Assembly (NCBI RefSeq): GCF_006345805.1
Contig: NC_042999.1
Location: 140,988,001-141,052,000, forward strand
DNA from: Octopus sinensis
Lineage: Eukaryota
Direction: 5' to 3'
Length of the DNA stretch: 64,000 bases
Shown: one piece after another, positions 1 to 11,588 of the stretch
Layout: each line of letters begins with the position of its first letter
Numbering within the stretch: position 1 is the first letter of the stretch
The notes under the pieces: generated by a model
The model's input: only the letters and a program-made list of their open reading frames with translations
Database searches by the model: none
What the model was told of the DNA's origin: nothing
Position numbers and translations under genes: made by a program

Positions 1-250
1 TTTCACAAATATTACCTTAAGACCGTTCTAAGTATTTCTTCATGTGAGCACATCACAAACGAGTAAGTCATGGAAAGGGCTAGGGTGAGCAGTGTACCAT
101 TACTGTGAGACCAGCGAAGGCCTCTCATGAAAGGAAGCCAGAGATAGGGTATAGGAAGTAAGGCAGACCTGTCAAAACCTGTTTGAGGACTGTGGAGTAC
201 TGAGCAAATATGGACTTATGACCATACTGAGAGAAGATCTCTCATGATGT
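1..250 (+). mobile_element. Degenerate RTE-clade LINE, C-terminal ORF fragment
   Basis: Manual translation gives LKTVLSISSCEHITNE*VMERARVSSV, then GYRK*GRPVKTCLRTVE. This matches the RTE C-terminal pattern LRRILxIxWxEHITNEEV...GxRxRGRPxxTW. Confidence 0.65.
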
Positions 251-2037
251 GATGCTGCATGGAAGTAGGAGCTGGACCACATCTCTGAGTGTAGAATTTT
301 TATGAACTTTTGTGTTATAAATTTACTATTTAATTTAAATATTTCAGTTTTGTATACATAAATAAAGCTTATAAATTCATTTTCATTTACATATTTACCA
401 TTTTCATCTTAATATCCATAGCCTTAAACTGCATTTGATTACCTAATTAGAAGTAAATATCACCACTGGTAAAACAGTATATAAATATTTATAAGAGCTA
501 TGGGGCTATATATATTTACTAAGTAAGGTATATTTTGATGTGTATAATTATTAAGTATTATTACTGTAATTCATTAGGGTTTTTTGTTGGTTTGTTTATT
601 CATTTAAGAGACTTTTTCATGTTACACATAAAACTTGACAGACTACCACTACCCACCCCTCCTCCTTCTCAGCCAATAATAATAATGGCTATCTGAAATA
701 GATAGGAAAGACTAATATAGTGTTGTACAAGATTATTACATTTAAATACAACAGATTATAATTTGATATATTATGAGTTAATTACTAAGTTATTAATATA
801 AATAACACTACAAGCATTAACTAATTTGTGACCAGAAAGAGAAAAAATAGGCCCAATCATGTTTTATTTTTTTGTTTGTTTGTTTCAAACATCAAATCAA
901 GATAGGACACCTTGCTATATTCAACATTATTAGAATATTCTATCTTTCTTCTAGATTACTGGCAAATTATCTTGTGAGCATAAAATGGACAGTTCAAAAT
1001 AGCAGAAACAAATTATAGTATCAAATTGAGTTGGAATGACAAGTGCTCTATACTGTAATCAATAACACAGTTGCCCAGCTTGTCTCCAACTGGAGTATAT
1101 AAAGTCAAAATACAGTGGTTCACAAATGGTGCACTGGTGTGCATCAAGAGATACCTAGATGCACAGTTGATTTTCTAAAAATATAATTTAAGGTTTTAGA
1201 AAATTTATTCTAATGGTTAAACATCTTGAAAAACTTATTCCTAATTTTGTTATACACCCGCATGATTTATATAACACGGTAAGTAATGGTTTTCTGTATT
1301 TTTTCTAAAGTCTTAATTTTGGTTTCCAACTTCAGTTTTGAAGATGTAGTTAAAAAAAGGTGTGTGGAGCCTAAAGAAAAGTTATTGAAGTTACAAGGTG
1401 AATTTGTGATATATGATTTGATTTATATTTTCAATTTATAAATTAACGTAAATTGTATACAAGAGTATGTGGCACACATTTTTGTATCATAGAATATAGA
1501 ATTAAATACATAGATTAGTGAGTAATAAAACTAATCAAGAATAATGAATATTATGATGGTTGTATGCTTGCTGTATATTTATAATGGTTATTGAATAAAA
1601 AAAATATATCTACATGCCTGTATTATCATATAACATTAAATAGCCTTGGAAATTAAGAAACAGATAAAAGTAAAAAATAAAGAGAAATATTTATGTAGAC
1701 TTATCTGACATGTCAGTGATACTGGTAATAAAAATTTATTTGCAATATATTCCGTATATTAAATGCTATAGTAATGAAAACATTTTGAAATTTTGTTACC
1801 ATTTTCTGTACATTTTTTAGATAACTTTGAATTGAAATAAACATTTTTTAAAAACCAGTATGATTATTTGTGTATACAATCAGTATAAACTTTATCTTCA
1901 GATACTACATTTTTATATATTTCTCAAATCACTCATCTTGAATTGAAATCAGAAACTTTTCTTATAACAGGGTTTTAATGCCTTTATCTACTGTTAACAC
2001 TACATGTCTATAGTATAAATACTCACACACACACACA

Positions 2038-2485
2038 GAGTCTTTTACTTTTATTTCTAGCAATGCTGGTGCTCCCTGCATCCTTTGTCACTTTTTAGTG
2101 ATGGTGAATTATTTCCTTTTTGGTTTTGAATTGTGTCCTGCCACCTTATTTTATAATTTTCACTTTACCATTTTGCTGAATCATCCACTGATTCCTATGA
2201 TAAACTCTCTATATACTGACAAGGTAGAATTCTGCTTCACCACCCATAATGGAGTAAGCATTATTCATAAGCATTAAATTCCATGCGAAATTGGCATGCC
2301 AATCTAATGTCACTCAATTGTGGTGGGGAGGTAGTCTCCCCTGTCAGAAAATAGAACATGTGCTTTTGTGGCTAAAGAGTTCTTTGACTCTTATTCCTAC
2401 CAATGCTAGTGCTCCCTGCACCCTTCGTCACTTTTTAGTGACAGTGAATTATTTCCTTTTTGGTTTTGAACTACATCTAGCCACC
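2038..2485. repeat. Unclassified element with ~108-bp imperfect direct repeats (2038-2145 and 2377-2485, period 340 bp)
   Basis: caatgctggtgctccctgcatcctttgtcactttttagtgatggtgaattatttcctttttggttttgaa at 2061 recurs as caatgctagtgctccctgcacccttcgtcactttttagtgacagtgaattatttcctttttggttttgaa at 2401. Confidence 0.8.
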
Positions 2486-3280
2486 TGTATATGTATATGT
2501 TTAAATTTTTGTAGTATATGTGTAAATTTTTGTAGTGTCTATATTAAGCTGAAATTATCACTGGAAATTTGTTGATTTCTCTTTAATTCTATCAGTAGAA
2601 TTATATAGCTAACTGCAAATGCTATTAAATCATCGTTTCAGAGATCCTCAGTTTATTTCCACAATATTTTATTGTATATTTAAGACAGTACACTTAATAC
2701 TACATGCTTCAGTTTCATCTAGATCTCAGGAATACATACCTTATCACTAGTGAGTGTTGTCAGAGATAGTATGGAGTTTTATCCAGAAGAAAATTTATTT
2801 CTCATCAGCTTAATCCCAGGAAACTGGAAGTAAATATCAGCTTTTAAAAGCTCCCTAGAGCATAGATGGAATTAACATATATATATGTTTAACAGAATAT
2901 CAGTTATTAATTAGATTTTTGCATCATACATATTCCTGACTTAAATGTGTTTTGCTTTATTTTCCTAAAATCAAAGTTTTTCAAGACTTTTTTTATGAGA
3001 CCATCCTCCTTTTTGAAGTGATTCCATAAATGCATAGTATATATAATACACATATAATACGCAATAAGATATGCATTCCATTAATGCATATTATAGTGTG
3101 TATAAGAATATACATTTGCAGGATTAACATCTCAAATTTATTTTAAAGCAAAAATTGATATTTATCCTTGCATAGAAATTAATTCATGTCTTGCATAACT
3201 GTCTTATGTAATTTTTCTTGTATACTTGATACTAAATCTATACTCCAAGGTGTATAATCCCATATATGTAAGCACACACA

Positions 3281-3282
<2 letters not shown>

Positions 3283-3332
<50 letters not shown>
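3283..3332. repeat. (CT)n microsatellite preceded by short (CA)n
   Basis: Directly visible. Confidence 0.95.
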
Positions 3333-3338
<6 letters not shown>

Positions 3339-5520
3339 TAGTCTTACTTGCACTGAAGCTGAATGAGATCTTAGATCAAAACCATGTTCCTATAGTTTTC
3401 AGATTTGCAAGCTCTCTATACAGATTTTAACCCCAAACTTTATTTTTGGACAGGACCAGATATAATTCTTAAATTAAACTTATGTATGTGTTCTGCTCTG
3501 TGTTACATAATTCTTCAATGAGTATTATACTTATCTACATTTTTTTTTATTTTCCTAACTCTTGTATACATTGTATTCTGATGAACTCAGCAGAATATAG
3601 GTTATATCTAAACTTATCTGTACAAATTTGCAAAGCCAAACAGGAATTCAATTAATTTTTGTATTTGCTTTTTCAGCCATACTTTTGAATAGATGCAAAT
3701 TTTAAATAATGATGATGATGCTTTTTCATCAAGAGTGCTCTTTAGCTGACATCTTTCTTATTTCTAAGCAGATTTATAGATGTAGATGGATTTTGTCCAA
3801 TATTGTAAGAATCCGACAATGTTTTCTTCAAGATACTAAGATTACTGTTACTTATAAAATAGATACATTTTTGTGGCTGTCAACTGATATGTTGACTAAT
3901 GTTTGTATTAATACAGTAAGAAATAGTAGCTGGTTGCTATTCTATTAGGATAAATGGTGTCCAAACTAAAACTTTAAGATCTGCTTTCAGATTAATTTTT
4001 TTGCAACCTAAGATCTGAAGTCCTAATACATTGTCCACATAACCTTTTATAATAATTATAATGGTAATGATTTCTTACATTGGCATAACGGTTTGATTGC
4101 ATTGGATAAAACAACATGTTGTCCCATACAGGATTTCAACCCAGAATATAAGGCAAAGAAGTTTTGTGCCACCAGGCATTTATTCTACTGTTTGAAATAT
4201 ATAAATGTATTAGACTAAAAGTTTTGGTATTTGCAACATAAGCTTTGAAGTAATTAAAATTAAAAGAAAGAATTACATGTTGGTATAAGTCTGGATTCAA
4301 CCAGACCAGACTAATGTGAAACTATTTTTGCCATGTTTCCCTGAAGTTGTTTGGCAAAGAAGAAGTAAAACTTGAAACAGAATATTTGTACAATATTAGA
4401 TGGAATGAAATGAGTGTAAATGAGTATTAACACCAATTTGAATAAATGTATACAACACAGAAGCAAGGAGATTAATTGAACAAGTGAAAAAAGCAAAATG
4501 GTAGGATACACTAATACTAAATCAGAAATCTGACAAGAACATGGGTAAAATATGGCAAAATCAGTCTCCCAGAAATACTATGTTTGCAGCTAGGGTATAT
4601 GCTTATAATCGCACATACATAATGTAATATTTCTAGTTTCCTTGCAGTCTTATTTGATTACTTTGTAATGTGGTCTACCTCTGCCATTTGTTTTGCTTAT
4701 ATATTGCTGTTCTGTGAAAATCGACATAGCTAACCTCCAATTCACTTGACAGACATAAATAATACATTTACATAATGTACTCATATTCACATGAATATAA
4801 TTATATGCATAATATATGTACAAATACATGCTTACCAACAATTTCAGTCTATGTTCATTCTCGTAATTACATACATACATATTTTCTTACTTTCCATCCC
4901 TCACACATTCACACATGAAGAACAACTTTTCTTTTCGATAGGTTGTATTGAATACATTACTGTTTTCTAGTTTGTTTTTTTTTGTTCTTTTATGAGTTTT
5001 TCGCAGTTCCTTTGAAACAGTGAAGTTCCTAAATCCATCATCAATATTTCCAGATCTTGTTTAATCTTCAGGTCCTTGTCTTGTGTTGTTGCCTCTTTAC
5101 ATTAGGTAGGACCAATGTAACTGATGTAGACATCATTTCTAGTATCTGAATTTTAACTAGTAGCTTTATACATTATCCGTATATTGTTTGTCTGCTTGCC
5201 TTAGTGTTGTTGTTCTGTGAGTATTTCTTCCACTATTAATCAGTTGTTTTTGTGGAGAATTTTGTGGATAACATTTCTATACTTTGCAGAACACCCCAGA
5301 AAAACAGAGAATTAACGATGAAAGTAATATTTATAGAAGCCTACGCTAAGAAATCATGCAGAAAACATCCAAATCACAAACAAAAATAAACTCCCATATA
5401 AGTCTAATTGTTAAAATTTGTAAAGTGTGCAAGATAAAAAACAAATCCTGTTAAAAGGAGGATGAACTTGAGAGCCTTTGTTATCAAGTAGTATGAATAT
5501 TTATGTCTATTAAAAAAACC

Positions 5521-5634
5521 GCACTCTATTGGTTACAAAGGCGAGTGTTCCAGTTGATATGATCACTGGAACGACCTGCTTGTGAAATTGATTTACAAGT
5601 GGCTGAGCACTCTACAGACATGTGTACTCTTAAT
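5521..5634 (+). mobile_element. SINE internal fragment, same family as 11431-11588
   Basis: gcactctattggttac...gtgaaattgatttacaagtggctgagcactctacagacatgtgtactcttaa aligns by eye with 11441-11565. Confidence 0.75.
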
Positions 5635-6468
5635 GGGTGAAAGAGAGTCTGCTGAATGCCAACCCAAGAGAGGAATCAGCTATCCAAATTGACAGTACCT
5701 TGGTAGATAAAGCAGTTAAGGGTATGAAGACAGGGAAAGCCCCCGGCCCATCAGGAATCACCACAGAGATGTTCAAAGTATCTGGTGGTGTCGGCTAAAG
5801 CCTAGTCACCTGTATAGTTAACCAGGTGATACATGAAGGAGTCATACCCAATGACTGGTGTAGCAGCACCATAGTCAACTGCTACAAAAGTAAAGGTGAC
5901 GCTTTAGATACAAATAATTATAGAGGTATCAAGATGTTGGATCAGGTAATGAAGGTCATGGAGAGGGTCATAGCCCAACTAATTAGGGAGAGAGTCAGTC
6001 TAGATGAGATGCAGTTTGGGTTTGTGCTAGGGAAAAGCACCACTGATGCTATATTTCAGGTAGCCATGCTACATGGCAGTGAAACATGGGCTGTGACTGC
6101 TGAGGACATGCGTAAGCTTGCTAGGAATGAAGCCATTATGCTCCACTAGATGTGTAATGTCAGTGTGCATACACAACAGAGTGTAAGCGCCCTGAGAGAA
6201 AAGTTGGATGTAAGAAGCATCAGATGTGGTGTACAAGAGAGATAACTGTGCTGGTATGGTCATGTGTTGCGAATGAATGAGGACATCTGTGTGAAAAAGT
6301 GTCACACCCTAGCAAGTTGAGGGACCCTATGGAAGAGGTAGACCCAGGAAAAGCTGGGATGAGGTGGTGAAGATTGGAGCCTGGTACAGCCTCCTGGCTT
6401 GCCAGTCTGCAGTCAAACCGTCCAACCCATGCCAGCATGGAAAGTGGATATTAAAAGATGATGATGAT
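5635..6468 (+). mobile_element. RTE-clade LINE relic with internal deletion and (GAT)n tail
   Basis: GKAPGPSGITTEMFK...IPNDWCSSTIVNCYKSKGDALDTNNYRGIKMLDQVMKVMERV...QFGFVLGKSTTDAIF (RT N-terminal half) is fused to AMLHGSETWAVTAEDMRKLARNE (C-terminal region). 3' end acccatgccagcatggaaagtggatattaaaa(gat)4. Confidence 0.93.
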
Positions 6469-9423
6469 ACAAAACACTGTATATTTACTTACATCCTCCA
6501 ACTGACTTAAGGTATGGGAACATTGGGCAGTTACTCAAAAGATTCATGAGTCTAGAGGTCCAATTTAGATCAATATATGCTGTGGTTTTCTGACAATAAA
6601 TATATACTACAGGGCCCAGTTCAATGATTTGCCTGAGGGCCTATAATACTGTTACGATGACTCTGTCCTCCAATCTAATTCATTATATAATACATCTCAT
6701 TTATACTGAAGTGACAACAATCTTCTTCAACTCCATCTTTCAATTTCCCTCACAGGAGATTCTTTGTTATTAATGCAACAATTTTCAATATTGTCTCCAT
6801 TTCATTTAATTACTATATATCCTAGGTATGAATGGGACACTTCTTTTTATTACAGCAAATTCCATTGATTCCCTCAGTGTCAGTTTTAGATCTGTGTGAT
6901 GATTTTACATCTCTTTCTTTTTAATTTATTTATAAGATTAATCTTAAACCCTGGAGTGGTATTTAATTGATATTAGATCCCATAAAATTCTTCATATTGA
7001 TCTGAATCTGTTAACATCTAACTGTTGTAAATTTATTCATTTTTCAAACATTACACTTCACTGGGTTTTTATATACCTCGTGTTTTACAAATTTTGTAAA
7101 AATAGTAGACAATTGCAAAACTTGTTTATTTTGTATTATTGGACTAGGTACTCGTATATTCTGTGTTCAGCTTTCATCCAAGTGTTTTGTCTACAATATT
7201 CCCAGAGATTGGTAGAATACATACCAAGAATATATAGTCAGGGGAAAGAGAAGTTGTACTCATAACCTTTGAAAGCCTGTTAAACTGATAGAATTGCTCA
7301 GTCTGAACAACTGTATGTCAGTATCTGCAGGAAATACATGGACAACAAGTCAGCTGATGGTTTGGTTGAAATGCTTGTAACAGAGTGAGCTCTGGTAAAA
7401 ACACTCAAGGACAAGTTGGTGGAGTTTAACCGAGTAGTGTGCTAACCCGATGATGCATCATGTTAAGTTTGATTGAGTCAATTGTTTATAGCTATTCCTT
7501 TGAAGAAATTTGCTTTTCTCTGAGGCCAGAGTTTATAACCTTATTGTCTAAGGGATTACTAAAAAGTATTATGTTTTAGTCTGTAGAGCCTCCTGTTAAT
7601 TTTGGTTCAGAATTTTAAGAAGTTATTTTCAATTCTCCAGTTTTCCCAATCTTATGAGTTAATATTGCAACTGACAATAATTTATATATAAATTATTATA
7701 AAACTCTATTATTGCCTTTGTAGATATAAAAAATGCTGGAATGATTGGCTGAGATTTGAATTGCTCAAATTTTAGGCATGTTTTATGTAAGGGCATTAGT
7801 GAAGTCCTTAATATCCTAATATATTGGTTAGATTATAAATATATAAAAATCATTATTTGTAGCTGAATATTGAGTTATAGAAGATAATTCTCATGTGTAT
7901 ATAGCTAAAATCCAAGAGTAAAATAACGTAATAGTAAAATCCATTATCAAATATATAAATCAATTTTTATATTTGCTTTCATTTGTTATACTGTTTATGC
8001 AAAAATCATATCTATTAATTATAATTTGTGTGTGCATGCATTTCCCTTTTCCTTGTGTATATGATTTTTTTGGTTCTTCACATTTCAATGTTTACAAGAT
8101 TTATTAGTGTTACAGGCTTAGTGTCTCTCATAGCTGTGTGAGGATAAACAGAAGCTGTAACAAAGCTTATGGACCAAAGGCACCAGCAGCAGTAAAATTT
8201 GAACTCTTTATCTTTGCATCAGTAATCCTGAAGAGATTAACCAACTTTCAACATAATATTTCAATTATCTGAATAAACTCTACTCTTCAATGATAATTCT
8301 ATTTGCTGATAGCAATCTTAAGATTCAGCATTGAAATAGAACTAAAACTACCAGTAGAGGTTTATCACTAAATCTGATCTCATCTATTAATTTCTTTGTC
8401 TAAGAATCCAAAATCCATTTTCAATTTCGTTTACAAAAGATTGGCATCATTAAAATTTTGATAAAGTAATTGACTTCAACAGTGTAAGACACAAGAATTT
8501 AGTTAGTAAGATTCCAGTTTTTAATCACAATATATCGTTTTGATTTCATCAGCATACTTTGGCACTGAAATAGAATATGCTAAATATTATAATAGAGTAA
8601 AGTACAAAACATCAGAACTCACTTTTTCTCACAATATATAAGCTTATTTTATTTTACAAATTTTATAAACTTAAACATTATTTTATAAAATAATTGCCAT
8701 ATATTTACATGGTTTTAAAATCATAGTAAAAATGGTAGTAATATTATAGCTTTAACTAATGTAGAAAATATGGAATAGACAGTAAAACATTTGGTGGCAG
8801 TGCTCCAGAATTGCAGTGGTTTGACCCAATAAAAATAATGTATAATTTTATTAACAGCATACCCTAAAATAGTTTATAAGTACATCAGTTGCACACCTTG
8901 AATATACATCCTTAGTTGCAACTACATATGGATGAAAAGTGTTTTTTTTTTTCTTTTTTGGTTTACTGCCAAACTAGTGCTAAAATGTCTGGCTCCATTT
9001 TTCTTATGAAATTGACTAGCTGTTTCTGATTACTAAAACTATCTTCGAATTTTTCATTCATTTTTCTTACCTTACAGTCCTTATTATATAAATTGTCACA
9101 GAAAGCACAGTCATTATCTTTCAAGACAGTAACAAGATATTTAATCTTTCTGATACATTTACATAAAGAACAATATAGAAAAGCTGGAACCAATTTCTTT
9201 TACTTAATATTATTTTTCCTTGGAGACAGTATCTTGTCATATATTTCTGCAAAATAATATTTGATTAAGTATCTTTTGTCATAGTTTCTTTCTTTTTAAT
9301 TCATTCTTTAGTTTATTATTTCTATTTTCATACATATTTCCTTCTGTCAAAAAAAAAAAGAGGCACCACATCCCTGTTAATCTGTGGCAGTCTCAGTTTT
9401 CTTTTAGAACAAATTTATCAATA

Positions 9424-9847
9424 GGTGTAGGAGTGGCTGTGTGGTAAGTAGCTTGCTAACCAGCCACATGGTTCCGGGTTCAGTCCCACTGCATGGCACC
9501 TTAGACAAGTGTCTTCTACTAAAGCCTCAGGCTGACCAAAGCTTTGTGAGTGGATTTGGTGGACAGAAACTGAAAGAAGCCCATCGTATATATGTATATA
9601 TATATACATATATATATGTATGTGTGTGTATATGTTTGTGTGTCTGTGTTTGTCCCTCCCAACATTGCTTGACAACCGATGCTGGGGTGTTTACATCCCC
9701 ATAACTTAGTGATTCGGCAAAAGAGACCGATAGAATAAGTACTAGGTTTACAAAGAATAAGTCCTGGAGGCGATTTACTCAACAAAAGGCAGTGCTCCAG
9801 CATGGCCAAAGTCAAATGACTGAAACAAGTAAAAGAGTAAAAAAGAG
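9424..9847 (+). mobile_element. tRNA-derived SINE with internal TA/TG microsatellite
   Basis: A-box-like tggctgtgtggtaag and B-box-like gggttcagtccc, central microsatellite and gaaacaagtaaaaga tail. A second copy lies at 27943-28336. Resembles an abundant Octopus SINE (from memory). Confidence 0.88.
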
Positions 9848-9931
9848 AGAAAACCTAATATACATTTATGTCATAAATCTTTTAAATGAGAACATAATGT
9901 TGGCTGCACTTTAGTTTAAAATCTACTTTAA

Positions 9932-10153
9932 TCCTTTTGTTACCATATTTCTGTTGAGATGCTCTGTGTTTCTTTCAATTGATTTTAAATATAACAAAGA
10001 ATTTAGTAAAATAACTTAGTTATCATTCAGCTAGTGTTAGGAACATAAATTGTGCCTAAGGTTTGGTGGAAGATTTTAATTGAAAACTTTTGAAAACAAG
10101 ATATTTGTACTACAGAGTCAGAGGTGGTTTCAGCTGAGTTGGTAACGAGAGGG
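9932..10153. mobile_element. piggyBac-like MITE
   Basis: TTAA at 9928-9931 and 10154-10157 flank imperfect TIRs tccttttgttacca / ttggtaacgagaggg; no coding capacity. Confidence 0.75.
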
Positions 10154-10476
10154 TTAAAAGAAGAATCCACTTCACTTCTTTGTTGGTTTAACTGTTCAGT
10201 AGTAGCATCTTTATTCTAAATGAGAAAACTGTTACTAATTAGCAGTCAGTTGTTCAATCAACTAAATTCCAAATGATCAAATTAACATGTAAGTGGCTGA
10301 GTATTTCACAAATACACATATACCCTTAATGCAATTACCAGGCTAGCACAACGTAAGACAATATGACAAAGCATTCCTTGCATATAAAGGGGTTGGTGAC
10401 AAATATAGCATCTGGCCATGAAAATTACCATAAATAAGAACTTGTCCAAAATAGAAAAATGACTTTAAAATAAATG

Positions 10477-10477
<1 letters not shown>

Positions 10478-10518
<41 letters not shown>

Positions 10519-10552
10519 CCTCTCTCTCTCCCCCCTCTCTCTCTCTGTATAT
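10478..10552. repeat. (CT)n and (AT)n compound microsatellite
   Basis: Directly visible. Confidence 0.9.
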
Positions 10553-10859
10553 ATATAAAATATATCTATGGGTGCAATTGGTGTTGTCCAATATAGTTGT
10601 ATGTTGGCTAATAGCTAGTGAGTGAAATTGGTTGACAAAAACACTGAAGAAAGTTGGTGTGTGTGTGTGTGTATGTGAGAGAGAGAGAGAGGGTTTGTAT
10701 TTTTCCCTGTCTTCACATGTAAACAACAGCTATACAGTCAATACAGGCAGTGTCCTTTGCTGCAGTTCACAACTGAAGCATGTGCAAGCTTTTTAAATTC
10801 CTTTCTCATGTGTGATCTTTGTAAATTAAAGGTTCATTGATAAACAAGGGGATTATTAC

Positions 10860-11090
10860 TTTGCTTGGAAATAGGTGAGGGTTGGCAAGAATGGATCCAG
10901 TTGTGCAACATTTGCCTTAGTGAATTCTGTGTAACCCATGCAACCCTGGAAAAGGGGATGGTAAAATGATGATGATGATATATCATCAGCATTCATCATC
11001 ATTTTAACATCAATTTTCCCATGTTTGCATGGGTCAGACAGAATTCATTGAGACAGATTTTCTATAGCTGGATGCCCTGACTTTTTCCAA
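10860..11090. mobile_element. Two tail-to-tail retroposon 3' ends with (GAT)n tails
   Basis: Plus-strand acccatgcaaccctggaaaaggggatggtaaaa(tga)n faces minus-strand catcatcattttaacatcaattttcccatgtttgcatgggtcagacagaattc. Confidence 0.75.
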
Positions 11091-11430
11091 GCAAGGTAGT
11101 GACCCCTAGTCTATTAAACAATGACAGCCCAGATATGCTCAGATATAACTATGTCTGGGCTGTTTTTGTTTACAAAGATCACATGGCATGTCAAGAAGTC
11201 CACCTGGTTATGCTTTTATAGTAAACTGAAAGTATATGATACCACCTGTGTTTGAAAGCAATGTTGTTTTGTTTACACATACCAAACATAAAAACAAGGA
11301 GAAAGAAATAATTATGTATATTAAGATATTGGGAATGTAAATGAGGTGGTCATTTGGCAAGGACACTGCTTATAATAACACATGCTTACTCACACTACTT
11401 TACAAAATCAGAAAAAGAATTAAGGGGAAA

Positions 11431-11588
11431 AGTGGTGGAAGCACTCCGTCGGTTACGACGATGAGGGTTCCGGTTGATCCGAATCAACGGAACAGCCTGC
11501 TCGTGAAATTAACGTGTAAGTGGCTGAGCACTCTACAGACATGTGCACCCTTAACGTAGTTCTCGGGGATATTCAGCGTGACACAGAG
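11431..11588 (+). mobile_element. SINE internal segment, relatively young (CpGs retained)
   Basis: gcactccgtcggttacgacgatgagggttccggttgatccgaatcaacggaacagcctgctcgtgaaattaacg...; homologous to 5521-5634 and partly to 10283-10330. Confidence 0.8.

Noticed and set aside
1113-1395. cagtggttcacaaa start resembling a hAT/Charlie-type MITE TIR
   Set aside because: A matching right TIR and an 8-bp TSD could not be demonstrated.
6700-7420. Possible very old LINE RT remnant on the minus strand (SYLGYI-like motif)
   Set aside because: Too degenerate to assign by eye.
8963-9193. Cys-containing minus-strand ORF
   Set aside because: There is an in-frame stop between the best acceptor and the ORF, and no recognisable domain.
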